Of a DNA stretch of 64,000 nucleotides, positions 37,997 through 50,665 are shown one piece after another. The DNA lies in the NCBI RefSeq assembly GCF_001194135.2, contig NC_068983.1, forward strand, positions 87,527,450 through 87,591,449. The letters are read 5' to 3'. The position numbers and the translations under genes were made by a program. The notes below the pieces were generated by a model, which worked only from the letters and a program-made list of their open reading frames with translations, was not told the origin of the DNA and did not search any database. The first letter of the stretch is position 1. Each line of letters starts with the position of its first letter. This DNA comes from Octopus bimaculoides. Taxonomy: Eukaryota.

Positions 37997-38249
37997 ACGC
38001 AACCTTATCCCCATATACACATAGATATACACACGTAATATAATACACATATATTTAGACATTTATACATATAAATATATGTATATATATACAGACATAC
38101 ATTCACACTCCTGCATATATACAAACATATGCATATCCATATAAATGAAAGGGTGTGTGCATGAAAGTCACACATATGCACCAGACACAGTCTTACACTC
38201 ATATACACCCCCTCTTTATTATATAAGGATATGCATATATTTGTATGTA

Positions 38250-38331
<82 letters not shown>

Positions 38332-38740
38332 CATATAAATTCTAAATACATATGTATTATGTTACGTGCATGCATGTAAGCACCTATGTATATATGAGGA
38401 TGAGGTTGTGTACACATATACCTATATATATATATATGTGTGTGTGTATCTATGAGTACATACATATGTTTATGTGTGTGTTTATGTGCATGTACATATA
38501 CATGTTGGTGTGAGTATGTGTCTATGTTTTGTGAGAATATGGTTGCATGTATTTTTTATCTTATTTCTTTTTCTCCTTATTAGAGTAACTTCCCTTTTAT
38601 TCAACAGTTTTTCATAGCATCTGTTACCATTAATAGCCAATGAGAATGTATCATATCTCTTTGCTCTGATATTTGAAACTCCGAGTACTATAATGACAAC
38701 TTTTTACTGTTAGTTCTAAAATATAACATATATAAACAAT
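37545..38740. repeat. Long (about 220 bp) diverged inverted repeats flanking a microsatellite-rich core (fold-back element)
   Basis: About 37545-37770 is the reverse complement of about 38515-38740 (for example GTTGGCTATTAATGG / CCATTAATAGCCAA and GGGAAGTTACTCTAA / TTAGAGTAACTTCCC). Confidence 0.8.
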
Positions 38741-38793
38741 CCTCTATTTCTAATATCAAGGTCTCATTCTTGTGTTGTTACTTTTTATAATTA

Positions 38794-38836
<43 letters not shown>

Positions 38837-39710
38837 GCTATAAAATNNNNNNNNNNNNNNNNNNNNNNNNNNNNNNNNNNNNNNNNNNNNNNNNNNNNNN
38901 NNNNNNNNNNNNNNNTATATATATATATATATATATATATGTATAATAATATAAATAATATATATATATATATATACATATGTATATGTACATACTTACA
39001 CATATACGTATGCATATGTGGGCACAGGACATCACAGAACGTAAACAACAAAAGATACGAAAATATGGAATACGAAAAACGAATACATGGAATATGAACT
39101 TTTTTTTGCAAACAATGAAGGAAACAAATGAAAAACAAGGCATGCAACATAAAGAACGACCCTTCATCAGTTGTCGGCTGTTTTTCTAATCAGTATTTCG
39201 AGCAGTTCACAAGATACGCTTCGATAAAACAGTTGCTCCGGCAAAGCAAATTAAATAAAATTTGGGATTTTGCAGAGGGTCAAAATTGGTAACAATAACA
39301 GAACAGCGAAAACAAACAGGAAGGGCTACTAAACCTAAACAAAGTGAAGTAGCAAACACAAAGAAACAAGCTTGGACAGGACACAGACAAGAATACGTTT
39401 GATTCGTCCAGCTGTATCAAGAGGAGAGAAAGAACACAAGTTAGGGAAAGAAAGATGGCCGATGGTCATGTGGGAGCAATGAGAGAGCAAAGGAAGAAGA
39501 GTGAGGGAGAGAGAGTGACAGACAGAGAACGGCGAAAGGGAGAGAAAAAATGAGAGGGGGAGAGGGGAGATAAAAAGAATTAGAGAGAAGAAGAGAGAAA
39601 CCGAAAGAGTGATAGAATAATAGAGTAATAGAAGAGAGGAAATGAAAGAGTAATAAAATAATAGAATGGAATAGAATAGAATAGAAAGTGTCGCATCAGA
39701 ATTATTAAGA

Positions 39711-39916
39711 TAAAACTTACTTGGAAATGGATGCATGGTGTTCAATCATATAATAATAATATAAATAATAAATATATGCATATGTAGGCACAGGACGTCA
39801 CAGAATGTAAACAACAAAAAATAAGTATGTACATATACGTATGTATATATGCATATATATCTTATTTATATTATTATATGATTGAACGCCATGCATCCAT
39901 TTCCAAGTAAGTTTTA
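39711..39916. repeat. About 70-bp inverted repeat with a 63-nt loop
   Basis: TAAAACTTACTTGGAAATGGATGCATGGTGTTCAATCATATAATAAT... is paired with its near-perfect reverse complement at 39847-39916. Confidence 0.88.
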
Positions 39917-39970
<54 letters not shown>

Positions 39971-42571
39971 TGTGTGTGTGTGTTTGTGTGTGTGAAGGCA
40001 TATATATACATATATATGTGTGTTTGGCTTAGTGGTTCAAGCATTCGGCTCAGGATTGTAAGGTCATGAGTTCAATTCTTGGCAATACATTGTGTCCTTG
40101 AGCAAGACACTTTATTTCACGCTGATCCAGTACACTCAGCTAGCAAAAATGAGTAGTACCTGTATTTCAAAGGGCCGGCCATGTCACACTTTGTGTCACG
40201 CTGAATCTCCCTGAGAACTACATTAAGAGTACATGTGTCTGTGCAGTGCTCAGCAACGCCCTTTAATTTCACAAGCATGCTGTTCCCTTGANNNNNNNNN
40301 NNNNNNNNNNNNNNNNNNNNNNNNNNNNNNNNNNNNNNNNNNNNNNNNNNNNNNNNNNNNNNNNNNNNNNNNNNNNNNNNNNNNNNNNNNNGAGAGAGAG
40401 AGAGAGAGAGATAGATAGATAGATAGATAGTCGTTTAAGAATCTGTAAGTCAATAAATAGGTAATCATATATTTGTCAATAGAATGTTTAAACCAAATAC
40501 AGTATTCCAGATTTACAATACTGTATACTTGATATATATATATATATATATATATTCTGCATGTGAATGTGTATACCCACACGTGCATGTTGGGAGGCAT
40601 ACATATAAGTAGTCATCGTACTCTTACATTAGAAGTGTTTAGAATCTAACTTTTGTCGTATCATGCATTATCCAGACCAAGGAAGCCCTTATCTAAAGGT
40701 TTCTTATAGTCAGCATACACAACTTTACACTGTACAATGCGACGTTATGCACTATTTCATTTTACTGTAGCTCCTGCAAGATTGTTGGTTATGAAAAGCA
40801 TGTCTCCAAACTTTTTTATGTAATATAATATAAACACCTCCATAGAAAATAAAATAAAATATCTGTGTTTACACACACACATACATGCTTACATAATACA
40901 AATACTTATATGCACTCGTATCTATTTATCTACATATATAATTGTGAGTTGTATATTATTTTTTCATAGGTAAGGGTGATGTTGTGAATCCAAAATCTCT
41001 GTATATTACAATTCTAACTCATTACATTTCCAACACAGGTGTGTATCGAGTACTTCGAATTTCTGTTCACGATAATTCCATAAATACAAACAAATACTCA
41101 ATCATAGCCGTATGGGTATGTGCAAACATGGATTTTTATGAAAGTGTTCTTTCTGAAAAACCAAAGGAAAGCTGAACGAAAACGAAAAGGAAAACTACAT
41201 GGAGAAAGAAATGAAAACAATAACAAAAATCTGACTCACCATGCGTCTGAAAACGTTCGTTGTAAATCGGTTTCGTAAATACAGTTGACTGATTCTATTT
41301 AGACTTGTTCAACACTGCAGTAGTAGTACTTCTCATGTCATTTACTGGAGACCAAATAAACAATGAGAAATGGTAGAGTGCGAAGGCGGAGATATTCCAG
41401 CACTACTAAACGTTGTCATTTAACAGAAGACGTAGGTAGAGTCACCGGCTGATGTGATCAGAGAGAAAAAGGAAAAGATAAATTTATCAACAGTGGTGTG
41501 ATGGTAGTGAAAAGGGTTGTAGTGGAAGTTTGTAGTCGTAGTAGTGTTAGCGGCTGATAAACACTATTTGTCTGAGATTAATATCAATAGCGAAGCTGAC
41601 TGAATGCGCTGGAGATGCTTCTCGTAAGCAGCAGTCAACGGTGAACATTAACTACCCTAGTCTTGTTTATTATCAATATAGACATGACGTATATCTTAAA
41701 CATCGCAATATTTCTTTTCTCTTCTGTATACGCAGTATTAACTGGTAAATAAACTCGTTTTGTTTCTCTGCTCACCATCTCGAGACAATTATGTCAGGGA
41801 CAGATTTTAAGAACCCGCTCCACCAGCTTCTTATCATTTCCGTTAATTACATGCTGATATGAAGGGTTTCTTCATGAGGAATGAATGTAGAATTACAAAC
41901 AAAGAAACCATAATTAAAAGAAGAGCGAGTACAGGTTCTCAGGGAGTAAGACGATTTTGGAAATCCGGTTTCGACGAAAATCAAAGCTTGACAGAAGGCT
42001 TGTCAACTTTATTCCTTCCTGGTTTTTATTTTCAGTTTACCCACAATAACAGTATCACCGGCAAACGTCTTTGACGAACGCAGTAAGGGAGAAACACCAT
42101 GACTGTGGTTCTTAATGTTTTTTCACGGGAGATCAAATAAAAACTTATTGGCAATAAACATATTTAATGCAATTTTTAAAGGTGAATCTTCAAAACTAAA
42201 TCTTTTATCGTTTATTTCTTTACCTATGGGGCACCATCTTGAAGGATTTAATCAAACAAACCACCACAGTAATTATTATTTTAAAGTCTGGTACTTGTTC
42301 TATCAGTCTTTTTTTGCTTAGCTGTTAATAAGTCAAGGTGACGTAAACAAACCAGCACCGGTTGTCAAACAGTGGTAAGACACACACACACACAGGCACG
42401 CGCGCGCGGCAGGCTTCTTTCAGTTTCCGTAATCCAGGTCTACTCACAAAGGTTTAGTCGGCCCGGGGCTATAGTAGAAGACTATTTTTATAAACTTTGC
42501 TAAAATTCCTCATACACACATACATACATACACACACATACATACACACACATATACATACATACATACAT

Positions 42572-42951
42572 TGTTGGCACTCCGTCGCTTACGACGTCGA
42601 GGGTTCCAGTTGATCCGATCAACGGAACAGCCTGCTCGTGAAATTAACGTGCAAGTGGCTGAGCACTCCACAGACACGTGTATCCTTAACGTAGTTCTCG
42701 GGGATATTCAGCGTGACACAGTGTGACAAGGCTGACCCTTTGAATTACAGGTACAACAGAAACAAGAAGCAAGAGTGAGAGAAAGTTGTGGTGAAAGAGT
42801 ACAGCAGGGTTCGCCACCATCCCCTGCCGGAGCCTCGTGGAGCTTTTAGGTGTTTTCGCTCAATAAACACACAACACTCGGTCTGGGAATCGAAACCGCG
42901 ATCCTATGACCGCGAGTCCGCTGCCCAAACCACTGAGCCATTTCGCCTCCG
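42572..42951 (-). mobile_element. tRNA-derived SINE (third family)
   Basis: The minus-strand head GGAGGCGAAATGGCTCAGTGGTTTGGGCAGCGGACTCGCGGTCATAGGATCGCGGTTTCGATTCCC has Pol III A/B boxes. A related copy lies at about 40020-40290. Confidence 0.75.
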
Positions 42952-43239
42952 CTACATACATACATACATACATACATACATAACGCTCACAACACCTTTG
43001 AAGTGACTATCCACACGCCTACATTTGGCCTTTTAAACAGGTCACTGCAAGAGTTGTGAGATAGAAAATGAACTCCCAAACTGCTCAGTGTCACTGGAGA
43101 CTTCTACATGATTGGTAGACAGACAATACTTTTCACGAAAGTTAGTTTGTATTGATGTCGTATGAAGCACGTATTGTGACAATGAATCAATATCTGTAGC
43201 AGAGGAAATAAGCCATTAACTAAATCGGCCAAGTTCGCG

Positions 43240-43700
43240 AGCACGAAAACAATAACATCATTAGGATAGTTAATGAACTTGAGGAAAGGCATGATATAAG
43301 AGTTGATGCAGATATCCCCTTAAAGAACATTGATAAATTTTATCTCTCAGAAGAACAAAGCATCAAAAAAGGATCAGTTTACAGAGAAGCTAGTACATGG
43401 AAAAACTTTGCACAAAAGATACGAGGCATAGAAGGAATAAACCATGACAAAAGTTTGGCATGGAGTACCGACAAGTCTATGACATCCCTCTTTGAAGGCT
43501 ACCTACACACATTTCAAGAACAAGAGATTCCCCTCGATTACTTGCAGCATAAAAGACAGAAAATACTGACAGACAACAAATGTAGACTGCGCAAAACCAA
43601 GATTTTAAGACATCAATCACGTTATTGCCAACCGCGAGGGAATATCTTCTAGATATTATCTTCCCACAAGGAGTGATTATTGGAGCAACTGGATGCATGC
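43240..43700 (+). mobile_element. R4/Dong-like LINE fragment
   Basis: Peptide EGYLHTFQEQEI..DNKCRL.. followed by a frameshifted HV..SRYYLP region; same family as 30540-30955. Confidence 0.65.
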
Positions 43701-43828
43701 CAGCCCACCTGGAGCAAAGTACAGGTGAAATTGGGTTCTTGGGGAAAAATGCAACTTCTTAATTTATACACTACAAATGATCACTATAGAGCCCTTTCTC
43801 CTCTTACATTACCCCCCCCCCTTTTTTT

Positions 43829-44100
43829 TTACAGGTGTATCCTCAGAATTGGTCCGTTCATACTGGCCATTCTTCCAACAGTCACCCATCTTTCAACAAA
43901 TTTGCCATGAGACAGCACTTCCCTCTCTACTCTCATCTCCCTTTTCAAGTGGAACTTGAAAAAGTTGATGAGGCCTTGGCCAAAGAGGAAAGTGTTTGAC
44001 TTTAGCCCTTTCAAACGGGTCCACCATACTACCTCTTTCACTACAGCCACTAGACATAGGAAAATTGCCTTGCCCTCCCGGTTAAAGTACAAGGGTTTAC
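43829..44100 (-). mobile_element. L1/Tx1-clade LINE ORF2 C-terminal fragment
   Basis: Peptide LVAVVKEVVWWTRLKGLKSNTFLFGQGLINFFKFHLK..F.ERW; paralogous to 46435-46960. Confidence 0.65.
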
Positions 44101-44122
44101 ATTAGGAAAAACATTATGAATA

Positions 44123-46227
44123 TGTAGTAACGCTGTGCGCATGCGTAGTCTCACGCATGCGTGGAATTCAACATCCAAGCTTTCCCGCTTCATTCTGTCT
44201 CTTTTCTTGCTGGCCAGCGATTGAGCATGGACGTGTCTATCTTTCGAACTCACGCCAGACAACTCACATCAACATACCGATGTCTCAGCAACCATGTTCT
44301 CACACACAGAAGACGTCTCAACAACCAAGAGTAAAGCTGTATATTTTCCACCATAAATAAACATTGTTGAGTTGATAGTTTGGAGTTCTGCGTTCCGTTC
44401 ATTCTAATTTAATATGGGAAAGCAAGTGTACATCTAATGATGTATAACCCACTTTCCTATAACTGGTGACCCTCCGACGTGATTCAAACACGCAGCCAAC
44501 TTGAAAAGTTCATATAACCACTTACCTACAAACTGGTGACCCCGACTAAAGAACAAACGCGGCCATGGATTCTGGACTACCAACCAATAATACTACACGA
44601 GACGTCAAATTCATTTTTACACAGCGTCGTCTACTTGCTAAAAATAGCAGCAACATGCTCGTCACATGCGAACAATTTCACTCGCAACTCGTAGTCTTGG
44701 GTTAAAAAACAAAGAAAAATCTCATCAAGGTCGACGCTAATGGTCGTACAGAGTGTGTCTGTCGACCGTCTGTAAAAGCGTACCTTTTCGAACACCACTG
44801 TCAGCATTACCACCACACATACAGAACAGCCAGTTTTACAGTGACGACATCAACTACTACTACCAACTACAAGCATTCCCCCGACGTCGCCAACAGTTTC
44901 AACAGGACATCGTTACCACCGTCAACATCATTACCACCACACATACAGAACACAGCTATATTACAGTTCCTGCGCCGACGTCTTCTCCATCAATGTACTG
45001 TCTACCACAATGTCGTGCGCCAACAACCCCACCACCAGGGNNNNNNNNNNNNNNNNNNNNNNNNNNNNNNNNNNNNNNNNNNNNNNNNNNNNNNNNNNNN
45101 NNNNNNNNNNNNNNNNNNNNNNNNNNNNNNNNNNNNNNNNNNNNNNNNNNNNNNNNNNNNNNNNNNNNNNNNNNNNNNNNNNNNNNNNNNNNNNNNNNNN
45201 NNNNNNNNNNNNNNNNNNNNNNNNNNNNNNNNNNNNNNNNNNNNNNNNNNNNNNNNNNNNNNNNNNNNNNNNNNNNNNNNNNNNNNNNNNNNNNNNNNNN
45301 NNNNNNNNNNNNNNNNNNNNNNNNNNNNNNNNNNNNNNNNNNNNNNNNNNNNNNNNNNNNNNNNNNNNNNNNNNNNNNNNNNNNNNNNNNNNNNNNNNNN
45401 NNNNNNNNNNNNNNNNNNNNNNNNNNNNNNNNNNNNNNNNNNNNNNNNNNNNNNNNNNNNNNNNNNNNNNNNNNNNNNNNNNNNNNNNNNNNNNNNNNNN
45501 NNNNNNNNNNNNNNNNNNNNNNNNNNNNNNNNNNNNNNNNNNNNNNNNNNNNNNNNNNNNNNNNNNNNNNNNNNNNNNNNNNNNNNNNNNNNNNNNNNNN
45601 NNNNNNNNNNNNNNNNNNNNNNNNNNNNNNNNNNNNNNNNNNNNNNNNNNNNNNNNNNNNNNNNNNNNNNNNNNNNNNNNNNNNNNNNNNNNNNNNNNNN
45701 NNNNNNNNNNNTTCAGTACATTGCATGCATGTATCACACGAGTGTACATTTCATTTCTTTCATTTTTCTTTGTGTGTGTTTGTGCTACATCTTGTGGGTG
45801 GTTTTCAGTGGCCATCCTGCCTCAGGCGTTCCAACAGAATTTTATATTATCGTGCGTTCTGCACTGGCAGGGGAGCCCTGTAGTAACGCTGTGCGCATGC
45901 GTAGTCTCACGCATGCGTGGAATTCAACATCCAAGCTTTCCCGCTTTATTCTGTCTCTTTCTTACTGGCCAGCGATTGAGCATGGACGTGTCTAGCTCGC
46001 TCCATCTTTCGAACTTACGCTAGACAGCTCACATCAACATACCAACGTCCCAACAACCATGTTCTCACACACAGAAGGTGCCTCAACAACCAAGAGTAAA
46101 GCTGTATATTTTCCACCTTAAATAAATATTATTTGTGTTGATAGTTTGGAGTTCTGCGTTCCGTTAATTTCTAATTTAATATGGGAAGGCAGGTGTACAT
46201 CTAATGGTGTATAACCAATTTCCTACA
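44123..46227 (+). mobile_element. Small non-autonomous LTR retrotransposon (Gypsy-like, tRNA-Trp primed)
   Basis: Direct LTRs at 44123-44461 and 45879-46227 start TGTAG, and the 3-prime LTR ends CA. There is a 4-bp TSD AATA on both sides, PBS-like TGGTGACCCC(C)GAC at 44464 and 44534, and a purine tract AGGGGAG at 45869-45875. The internal region includes a 671-nt N gap. Confidence 0.88.
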
Positions 46228-46434
46228 AATAGTACAGGACAAAACAAAGAAAGTGTGTGTTGTTGTGAGGGTTTTGCGTGTAAACAAGACTAACAATTTT
46301 CTTTTAATCAACAATATATAATCCTCGATACGGAGGAGACATTCAAGGGCTGCTCATGGAAAACCCAATAAAAAAAGAACCACGGGCACCCTTATCTTTG
46401 AGACAGGTGTTTTTTCTTCCTTTCTTTTTTCCAA

Positions 46435-46960
46435 CTACAGGCGTATGCTCAGGGCAAGCCCCTTCACTCGCACCATTCTCACCACTTTCATCCACCTTTC
46501 AGCAAACTGGCTAGAAGACAACACTTTCTTCTGTACCCTTATTTTCGTTTTCAAGTGGAACTTATAGAAGTTCATCAGGGATTGGCTAAAGAGAAAAGTG
46601 TTTGTCTTCAGCCCCTTCAATCTCGTCCACCATACAACTTCTTTCGCCATAGCCACCAGGAATATAATCACAGCTCTTCCTTCCCGGTTAGAGAAAGGCG
46701 GTGGGGCGATCTTCACAATGAATTTAGTTGACAGCCGGATCCGTCCTACACGTGACAGCAAGTGTTCGACATAAATCCACAGGTCAGCAATACTCGGGCA
46801 CTGGACGAGTGCATGCAGGACCGTCTCGTCGTCCTGCTCATATCTCGGACATGCTCGGCTGACGGCACTTTCGTGCTTGTAAAGCTTATCTCGAACAGAC
46901 AAAGCTCCTCGGTAGAGTGCCAGGCCAGAGACTTTTGGAAATTATCCATCGGTCCCGGGC
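46435..46960 (-). mobile_element. L1/Tx1-clade LINE ORF2 3-prime fragment
   Basis: Peptide CPRYEQDDETVLHALVQCPSIADLWIYVE is the degenerate zinc-binding motif of L1-clade ORF2, followed by EVVWWTRLKGLK. Confidence 0.75.
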
Positions 46961-47297
46961 CGAAAGTTCTCCGGAAAAGAGTATCATCTCATTATACCTC
47001 CTTCTTCAGCATGCATAACCTACATCTGATATATATCTTACATTTTTATTTTCATACATAACATATAAACACGTACATCTTTCAGAACATTGCCATTTTA
47101 TAAGATTTTGCTGGTAAATTTTAGAATTAACATGAACATTTATTTACATGAAAGAAAATTACTGGAGCACTTTCATCTAATTTTTCCAAATCTTTGTTAG
47201 AACTGTATTGAAACCATTTGTGGAGATTTTTTTTAATCACAGCAACTGGTCGCGCACCTCAAAGTTTAAGGGAACCTACTAAAGCAAGCCAACACCC

Positions 47298-47650
47298 TCA
47301 CAGCATTACCACGGGCGAGGCTAAGGCGTAAGGAAAGCCAAGCGCCATCACGAGCAACACCTGACACCTCGGTGAGGCGAGCTGCCAACGTGGTCCAGTT
47401 CCTCCGAACGTCTCAAACGCTACAGGTTGGAAGAAATAGTTCATTGTCCGGTCCCGATACATTAGGGTTTTCTTCCGTTCGGCTACAGAAGTAGTGACCC
47501 TCCCATTAACTGCAACATCCAAAATGTGGGAAGGAGCAAAGGAGTCGCAGACTGTGGCGTCCCAAATGAAGCACCTACCTTTAACCCAGGGACAGAGGGT
47601 AAGAACACCTGGTCTCTTTCCACCATTTCTGGATAACCCCGACGGCTCCT
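47298..47650 (-). mobile_element. CRE-like non-LTR retrotransposon restriction-like endonuclease fragment
   Basis: Peptide GLSRNGGKRPGVLTL.PW.KGRC.IWDATVCDSFAPSH...AERKK..Y...YFFQPVAFETFGG matches the G..R.DGKRPD..PW..WD.T..K..KY..P.A.ET.G pattern. Confidence 0.75.
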
Positions 47651-50347
47651 ACTTGTTAGATCATTTTAAAATTACTTAAATGAAAAATTCTCCAAAAAAG
47701 ATGACAGAAACATGAAACTTTAATCCACCCAGCAGCTAATTGCAGTAACAGGATAACGACCAACGCATAGTAGTGGTGCACTAACCTGGTGGTTGATTGC
47801 AGTAACACCAAACAGAGAGAAATATGAGTTTTACATCCCGTATGGCAATTCCTTATACTTATAAACAACTATACAGTTGATATGAAAGAAACTAAAGGTG
47901 AGATTCGGTACTCGTATAACGTAGTTTGTATATGATAACTATATAGTGTCATATTCTTTTCTGGTATATTCTTTTCTACTCTAGGCACCAGGCCCGAAAT
48001 TTTTGGTGAGTGGGGGCCAGTCGATTAGATCGACTCTAGTATGCAACTGACACTTAATTTATCGACCCCGGTAAAACAGAGGTGCGCCTTATGCGAGGGT
48101 GTGTCTTATATACCAGCTAATACTGTAATCTTTATGTAAACAGCAATGTATTTTCAGAAGGCATTCAGGAAAACGCTTTCAAAAGGCAAACAAATGTCGC
48201 ATATGTAATATAGTGAGTTGAAAACGCTGATCAACTGAAATTAGTCAAATAATAAGTATGATGTTTAAATTTTCAAAAAAAGTAAGAAACACCCTTACAA
48301 TAATGATCCATTCCACCCTAAAAGGTTTGTTTACAGTCAGTGCAATGGGCTGTTCCGAGTTAAGTGTCTCGCTAATAGGAAAGAAGGCAACTGAGAAGGT
48401 AATATTAACATCTGACATTTGAAGTAGTTGTCTAATTTATGATCGACGAGGCTACACATGTTCGTCATTTCCCTTGCATTAAATCGTGCCATCTGGTCAG
48501 GTATTAAATATGACACTTTAAAAGGTAGAGAGGTTTTACTGTTGGCCCACCAGAGGAAAATGTGACAGTTACTTATTTGGAAGGAAGTATTACTTTTGAA
48601 AAATCTAATTTCGTATTGCAATTATTCACAATTTTTTTATAGCCATAAAGCTTAAACCAGTCAACCGCGAAACTTTCTAAATGGCACACCTAACGAAAAA
48701 TTATCTGGAATTTTTTTTTAGTGGTGCGATCTGCCTGATGATGACGCATGTCTTATGCGACCCACTTCCCGGAAAAGTTTGTCCATGCCTGGTTTAAACT
48801 GATCCAGAAAGAATAAAAGAAATGAGGATGCATCATTAGTCACGGCATGCCAAGTTTTCCACTCAGCGGCTACTGACAGCAGATGGACCATCCCTACGTC
48901 GTGAGGGAATCCCTCCCTAGTATTTTTATGTTTCCAGAGGCATTCGCACCATCAGCAGTGTTTCCGGCACTTGAACGGTGATGGTGCAGAAGATCTCACC
49001 CTCTCTCTCGATCTTCTTCCTTTGTGCTACGAGGGCCATCAATTCTTTGTTGGTCCTCTTCCCTAACACAAAGTTTTGTGTTTGTGTGGTTGGTTGTTGC
49101 TGTTTGGCGGTGTTTTCTTTTTGTGGGTTGTTGCAGTTGTGGTAAGTGTTAGTAGAGCTGGTTTTGAAAGCGGTAGATATGTTGACGATTGTGATGCTAG
49201 AGGGGTTGGTGATGCTGTAGGTGTGTCTGTGATAGGTGCAGATGTCTTTTCTGTTTTTTAATATGTTGGAGTGAGGAATGATGTTTTATTTTTAAAAATT
49301 TAATTTAATTTAATTCCATTTTTGTTTTTTGGGGTTCTTCTCATTTTCCCTGCGTGATGCAGATGTACCCATATCTGTGGAATCGGGGTGTGAGTCTATT
49401 ATATGTACTTGTGTTTAGAGGAGGTGAAGAGAGGTGGAGAGGGAAAGATTCGTTGGGAGAGCCCCTGGGTGTTGTGTGTGTTTTTGTGCTGTTAAAGTTG
49501 GTGGTGACATTTTGTAAACTTAAGCCCACCCCGAATGTTACAAACACTTACTACGTCATTGCAAAGGCATGAAAAATCATCTGGCTGTCATCTTTCTTGA
49601 TAAGAACATTTTCAATGGATTTTCTTTGAAGAAGTATATCAAAGTGCACACTGGAAAGAATTCCTTTCAATGCAATGCTTCTGAGGAAATATTTTACTGA
49701 CACCTATCATTTGAAAAAACAACTGGGACAACAGCCCGATTATTTACGAAGCACCTTATTGTCTATATTGAAAAGTGCATTATTCCTACAAATGCAAGAA
49801 AGGTGGAACTGACAGAACTGGAATGCTTTCATGATAGATCTGCTCGATCAGAATTAATATGGGACTAAACAACTACAACAAAAATAGGGACTGTGGTGAC
49901 ATCTATAACCCATGGAGACACTATCATAGCTTTTGGGTGAACCGGGTATATTTTTGGATCAGTGGATGAATATGTCTCAGCTTCATTATTCAGTTGAACT
50001 ATAATCCAGTTGGGAGATCATAATTTACTTTGATATATTTGGTGCTGGCTTATTCTATCATCATCATCGTCATCATTGTCATCATTGTCGTCGTCGTCGC
50101 CGACATCATCATCATCATCATCATCATCAGCAACAACAACAACAACAAAAGAGTAATCTATTGTATACACTTTATATGACTAATGCAATATGCAAGTTCA
50201 AATATAAACATGGAACTTGCAAACATAATGAATCTAACTGCAACATTGTACAACACTTTCTCGTGCTTTTAACTATGCATGTGCAGCTGTTGACACACGC
50301 ATATACATACATACATACATACATACACACGCGTGAACGCACCCTCC

Positions 50348-50379
<32 letters not shown>

Positions 50380-50399
50380 GTCCTTTCAAATTGTAATTG

Positions 50400-50665
50400 T
50401 ATCGTAGGCCTACGTCGGTCATGGCTGACCATGGATGATGTTATCCGTCCGTTGAGTTGTCTATTCAGTTTTTGCAACGCCTCCTGTGGCTGTAGAGACC
50501 GATGCGAGAGTGGCAGTCTCGTTTGCAGAGGTCACACCTATACGTTGAATCCGGTCTGTTGGCTGCCATCTCTTTTCTGCGGGCTCGGTTTTCAGCTGCC
50601 GCCACCCTTAAATTCTCTTCGCCGGTCTGCAGTTGTTTAAGAGAATTTGTAATTGTATCAGAATG
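50400..50665 (-). mobile_element. RTE (BovB-like) LINE 3-prime end
   Basis: Terminal zinc finger YRCDLCKRDCHSRIGLYSHRRRC is typical of RTE ORF ends. Confidence 0.85.

Noticed and set aside
39150-39245. CTGATGA and CGAAA near each other on the minus strand of a Penelope-like tail
   Set aside because: The order and pairing do not build helices I-III, so this is not a hammerhead.
41960-42010. Degenerate minus-strand TTGACAA...GTCGAAACCGGA motif
   Set aside because: Several core positions are wrong; at best it is a dead PLE relic.
48077-48791. Possible hAT MITE ending in AAAAGTTTGTCCATGCCTG
   Set aside because: The left TIR is poorly matched and there is no convincing 8-bp TSD.
48820-49270. 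Minus-strand Thr/Asn/Gln-rich frame resembling a LINE ORF1
   Set aside because: No diagnostic zinc knuckle or other motif is visible, so it cannot be assigned.
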